NCBI GenBank assembly: GCA_036823255.1
Contig: DAISGC010000001.1
Span: forward strand, 18,836-82,835
DNA from: Phycisphaerales bacterium
GTDB taxonomy: Bacteria; Planctomycetota; Phycisphaerae; Phycisphaerales; UBA1924
Length of the DNA: 64,000 bases
Direction of reading: 5' to 3'
The notes under the pieces were generated by a model. The model was not told the DNA's origin, made no database searches, and worked only from the letters and a program-made list of their open reading frames with translations. Positions 60,623-64,000 of the stretch are shown here, piece by piece (positions within the stretch are counted from its first letter, which is position 1; every line of letters starts with the position of its first letter). Both the position numbers and the translations under genes were made by a program.

Positions 60623-63600
60623 ATGTCGCAAGAACCGAACTCCACTCCCGCCGCTCAGCCCCACACGCCCGCGCCCGCGGGCTCGGACGGCTTCCTGGCC
60701 TCGCTCTCGGATCTGGAGTCGCGGATCAACGCGCTCAAGGCGTTGCACGAGGAAGCCGCCAGCCGCGACGCGGGACTCTCCACACGCGAGCAGCAGGTGG
60801 CGATGCGCGAGCAGCAGGCCGCGGCTCAGATCCAGCGGCTGGAGTCCCGGCAGAAGGAACTCGAGCAGCAGCGTGCCGAACTCGAACAGGCCAGACGCGA
60901 GCAGGATGAGGCGATGGCCAAGCTGCGCGCCCAGATCGAGGAGCGGCAGGCCGACTTGGCCAGAGAGGTGCAGCAGCTTCGGGATCAGGCCCGCCAGGAC
61001 GCCGAGCGCCGCACCGAGATCGAGTCGAGCGAGAAACGGCTGCAGGAGCTCTCTGCCCGTCTGGAACAGCAGAAAGCCGAGTCCGAGCGTCTTGCCCGCG
61101 AGCTTGCCGGCAAGACCACAGATGCGCAGCGGGAGCTTGAGAAGCGCGAGCGCGATCTGGTTCGACGCGAGGAGAGCGTCTCGGCGAAGCTCGCGAAGCT
61201 CGAGTCCGACCTCGACAGGCTGCAGCGCGACCGGACGGAGACCGAGTCGCTGCGCAAGAACCTGGGCGACCTGGAGCAGGTGGTTGCCGATCGCGAGAGG
61301 TCCCTCGCCGAGCGCGAGAAGCTCATCACCAGCGAACGCAAGCAGATGAACGACGATCGGCAGTCGCTGGAAGCCCTGCAGGAGGAGTCCAGGGCGGCGA
61401 TCGAGGCGCGGCAGCATGAGCTGGAGGAACGCGAGTTCGATCTCAAGCGGCAGGCCGAGGAGATCGCCCGCGAACGGGCCAGCGTGACCGAACACGCCCG
61501 TACGCTCGCCGAGCAGATGAAGTCCAACGACGCCGAGCACCAGGCGGCGATCTGGAACAACCGGCTTGAATCGCTCCAGCTCCAGCTCGGTGAGCAGAGC
61601 GCGGCCCGGGCACGGCTGGAGACCGAGCTGGCCCAGAGCAAGGACGACATCGAGTCGCTGACGCAGGAGCTCATCGAGGCCAACTCGGCCAAGGGCGTCC
61701 CTCAGGAGGAGATCGATCGCCGCGAGCGAACCATCGCCGAACTCACCGCCCAGGCCGAGGAAGCGCAGGCGACGATCCAGATGCTGCAGCAGCATCTGGA
61801 GGCCTCGATGCGAAGCACCCGGGCCGCGGAAGAGGCCCGCGCCAAGGAGCAGGGCGAGCGGGACGCGATCGCCAAGGCGGCGTCGGACAGCATGTCGGCC
61901 AAGCTCCGCGAACTCGAGGAGCAGGCGGCACTTCTGGCCGACCAGCGTCGCGAGCTGGAAGAGTCCAGGCGCGAGCAGCAGCGGATCAGCGCCGAGTGCG
62001 ACGAGATGCGTCGGGAGATGGGCGAGCTCGTCGTTCGAGCCCAGAGCGCCGAGCGCACGCTGGAGCGGATGGTGCCCAGGGAGCGGCTGCAGCAGGTCGA
62101 GAGCGAACTCGCCGCCGCACGCGAGCTCCTGGATCAGGCCGAGAATGCCGCCCGGGATCAGGTTCCGGCATCGCAGGTGCGCGAGTGCGAGGCGCTCATC
62201 GCGGGCATGCAGAAGGCCATGGATGAGGCCGACCGCAACGCCAGGGAGCTGCTGGACGAGCAGACGGCGTCGCGCGACCAGATGATCGCGACCCTCAAGG
62301 TGCAGCTCGAGGCCGCCGCCGCTCGAAGCGCAAGCACCCTCAGTGACGAGGTGCACCGGTGCGAGGCGACCATCGCCGAGCTCAAGCAGCGTTTGCACGA
62401 GGCCGAAGCCGGCGGTGCGGGAACCGGCGCGGCCGCCGCGGCTGCCCTGGCCCAGGTTGCGCAGCGCGACGAGGAGATCGCCGAGCTTCGCAGACAGATC
62501 GAACAGGCCGCGGCCGACGGGGCCGCCGACCAGCGAGCCGAGATCGAGCTGCGCGACGAGCGCATCGCGGCACTGGAAGCGCAGCTCGTCGAGCTCTCGG
62601 CCAAGGTCGAAGAGGCCCAGGGCGTGCCCCCTGAAGAGATCATGAAGCGCGACGAGGCCATCATGGTCCTGAAGGAACGGCTGGACCAGATGACGCTGGA
62701 GCGCGACGAACTGGTCCGCGCCGCCGACGATGCTCGCGCCGGCGCAAGCACGCCAGCGGAGCACGACGGCCGACCGACGGATCAGGATCTGCGGCGTCGC
62801 GATCGATTGCGAAGGTACAAGCACCTGCTGCAGGCCCAGGCACGCAAGATCGTGGCGGCCCAGAACGCGATCCAGAAGCGGCACGTGGAGTGCGAGATGG
62901 TGCTGCAGCAGCGGCACAAGCTCGCCCAGATGGCTCAGCAGCTTGCCAAGGTGGAGAAGCGCGTCGGCGGGGCCAAGGCCAGGACGGGAGCCGCGGCGGC
63001 GGTGCTGTACATGGCCGCCACGCTCGGAATCCTCGCGGTCATGAGCTGGCACATCTCCTCGAAGATCTGGCCCGGAACGTTCATCGCCAAGGCCGTCGTC
63101 GAGGCCGACAGCGGCCGCCGGACGCCGCCGCCCGATGACCTGGCTGCGTGGAAGAGCGACCACGAGCAGATGCTGAAGGACCCGCGATTCATGGAGTTTG
63201 CCGCCGAACGCATGTTCCGGCGCGGACTCACGCCCTCACCGGCGCCCGCGGAGCTCTCGTCCCGGCTGCAGACGGACTTGTATGTGCAGAGCACCAAGCC
63301 CGGAGCGATCACCGTCGAGCTTCGGGGCGAGGGCGCGGAGCGCACCGCATTGACCCTCGACACACTCATGACCGCGCTCAAGTCCTTCAGCGACACCGGA
63401 CGCGATCAGCGGGCCAACGACATCGGGCTCACCATCGCCCAGGCCGCCACCGCCGGCAGCGAGCCTCTGCTGGACAAGCGTCTGGAGAAGGCCGGTGGAG
63501 TCTTCGGCGGAGCCGCGCTCGCCGCGGGTCTGGCCGGACTCATCATCTGGAGCCGACTGGTGAGGGCCAAGCGGAAGTTCGACCAGGCCGCCGCGGTCGA

Positions 63601-63691
63601 CGCGGCCATGGCCGAGGTGGACTGGGGCACGCTCGAGGCCTCGATCAAGAAGAACCCGACGCGTCAGGGCAAGAGCGGCGGGCCGGAATGA
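60623..63691 (+). CDS. Giant coiled-coil protein (about 1020 aa) with C-terminal two-TM, Wzz/PCP-like module
   Basis: I trimmed to the ATG at 60623. About 780 aa form E/R/Q/A-rich coiled coil. These are followed by TM1 (AAAVLYMAATLGILAVMSWHI), a segment of about 140 aa (FIAKAVVEA...ITVELRGEGAERTALTLDTLMTAL...) and TM2 (GGAALAAGLAGLIIWSRLV). The antisense 940-aa ORF was rejected. Confidence 0.7.
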   Translation: MSQEPNSTPAAQPHTPAPAGSDGFLASLSDLESRINALKALHEEAASRDAGLSTREQQVAMREQQAAAQIQRLESRQKELEQQRAELEQARREQDEAMAKLRAQIEERQADLAREVQQLRDQARQDAERRTEIESSEKRLQELSARLEQQKAESERLARELAGKTTDAQRELEKRERDLVRREESVSAKLAKLESDLDRLQRDRTETESLRKNLGDLEQVVADRERSLAEREKLITSERKQMNDDRQSLEALQEESRAAIEARQHELEEREFDLKRQAEEIARERASVTEHARTLAEQMKSNDAEHQAAIWNNRLESLQLQLGEQSAARARLETELAQSKDDIESLTQELIEANSAKGVPQEEIDRRERTIAELTAQAEEAQATIQMLQQHLEASMRSTRAAEEARAKEQGERDAIAKAASDSMSAKLRELEEQAALLADQRRELEESRREQQRISAECDEMRREMGELVVRAQSAERTLERMVPRERLQQVESELAAARELLDQAENAARDQVPASQVRECEALIAGMQKAMDEADRNARELLDEQTASRDQMIATLKVQLEAAAARSASTLSDEVHRCEATIAELKQRLHEAEAGGAGTGAAAAAALAQVAQRDEEIAELRRQIEQAAADGAADQRAEIELRDERIAALEAQLVELSAKVEEAQGVPPEEIMKRDEAIMVLKERLDQMTLERDELVRAADDARAGASTPAEHDGRPTDQDLRRRDRLRRYKHLLQAQARKIVAAQNAIQKRHVECEMVLQQRHKLAQMAQQLAKVEKRVGGAKARTGAAAAVLYMAATLGILAVMSWHISSKIWPGTFIAKAVVEADSGRRTPPPDDLAAWKSDHEQMLKDPRFMEFAAERMFRRGLTPSPAPAELSSRLQTDLYVQSTKPGAITVELRGEGAERTALTLDTLMTALKSFSDTGRDQRANDIGLTIAQAATAGSEPLLDKRLEKAGGVFGGAALAAGLAGLIIWSRLVRAKRKFDQAAAVDAAMAEVDWGTLEASIKKNPTRQGKSGGPE

Positions 63692-63751
63692 CAGGACGCG
63701 ATCGGCAAGCCGATCGCGCCCGTCCGGTGGTGTTCGAAGGTTCGATGAATC

Positions 63752-64000
63752 TCAGAGACTGCCAAGCAGCAGGGGCTTGCTCGCGCCCTGCAAGCGGATG
63801 ACCACCTGCTTGGCCCTGTCGACGTCCAGAGCCGGGATCGACGCGGTGCGGATGCCGGCTTCACGAGCGAAGAACGTCACCTTGGCGCCGAGGGGGATCT
63901 CGTTCCCCGCCGCGTCGTAGACGACGACTTCATACTCGCCCTCTGCGGGCAGATCCTTGACGTAGATCTCGGCGCGCCTGTTCTGCGGATCGAGCATGAG
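63752..64000 (-). CDS. Hypothetical protein, C-terminal fragment (gene continues beyond the right edge)
   Basis: The frame is open to the window end with high third-position GC. It reads ...AEIYVKDLPAEGEYEVVVYDAAGNEIPLGAKVTFFAREAGIRTASIPALDVDRAKQVVIRLQGASKPLLLGSL*. I recognise no motif. Confidence 0.4.
   Translation of the reverse strand, partial: LMLDPQNRRAEIYVKDLPAEGEYEVVVYDAAGNEIPLGAKVTFFAREAGIRTASIPALDVDRAKQVVIRLQGASKPLLLGSL

Overview
This is a very GC-rich bacterial chromosomal window (GC judged by eye, not computed). It is densely coded on both strands. I found no rRNA, tRNA, CRISPR array, transposase or integrase.

Lineage: several markers point to Planctomycetota, probably Phycisphaerae. 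This is an inference from the markers, not a database hit.
- Two prepilin-type 'FTLIELLVV' proteins of the DUF1559 kind.
- An N-terminal 'LE.R.LLS' motif.
- Three proteins ending in a dockerin-like duplicated segment plus a terminal Gly-Cys.
- Three proteins with PEP-CTERM-like tails.

The window looks origin-proximal. It carries dnaA followed by a roughly 590-bp lower-GC spacer with DnaA-box-like 9-mers, and mnmG/gidA lies about 14 kb away.

Housekeeping calls:
- Cofactor and central metabolism: thiE, zwf, pdxH, a RibB-GCHII-like fusion.
- Translation, replication and repair: rpmA, mnmG, mfd.
- Envelope and sugar metabolism: kdsA, a phosphomannomutase, two DegT-family aminotransferases, a SpoIID-domain protein.
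- Other: a MotA/MotB pair, a CPA2 antiporter, an EVE-domain protein.
- Pieces of a kynurenine/aminomuconate route: kynA, kynB, an ALDH8/XylG-like dehydrogenase, RidA.

The most unusual locus is a tightly packed four-gene minus-strand operon at 47767-55118. It encodes three HlyD-type membrane-fusion proteins and ends in a C-terminally truncated SecA-like ATPase. One fusion protein carries tandem GAF-like domains and one is fused to an intact M50 site-2 metalloprotease. No ABC, RND or MFS pump and no TolC-like gene is nearby.

Other notable items:
- Two same-orientation arrays of a 42-bp hairpin repeat bracket kdsA.
- The DnaA Walker A lysine is replaced by glutamate.
- A dense G-run tract (G-quadruplex motif) lies in the kynA/DegT divergent spacer.
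- A P-loop NTPase has transmembrane (TM) helices inserted between Walker A and Walker B (KAP-like).
- Tandem paralogous Cys-rich repeat proteins carry GC-terminal dockerin-like anchors.

Methods and limits:
- Many long ORFs in the supplied track are antisense shadows typical of high-GC DNA, and I rejected them.
- The first 'M' of a track ORF is sometimes GTG.
- I trimmed many starts using signal peptides, Shine-Dalgarno matches, neighbouring-gene stops and third-position GC. These starts are less certain than the stops.
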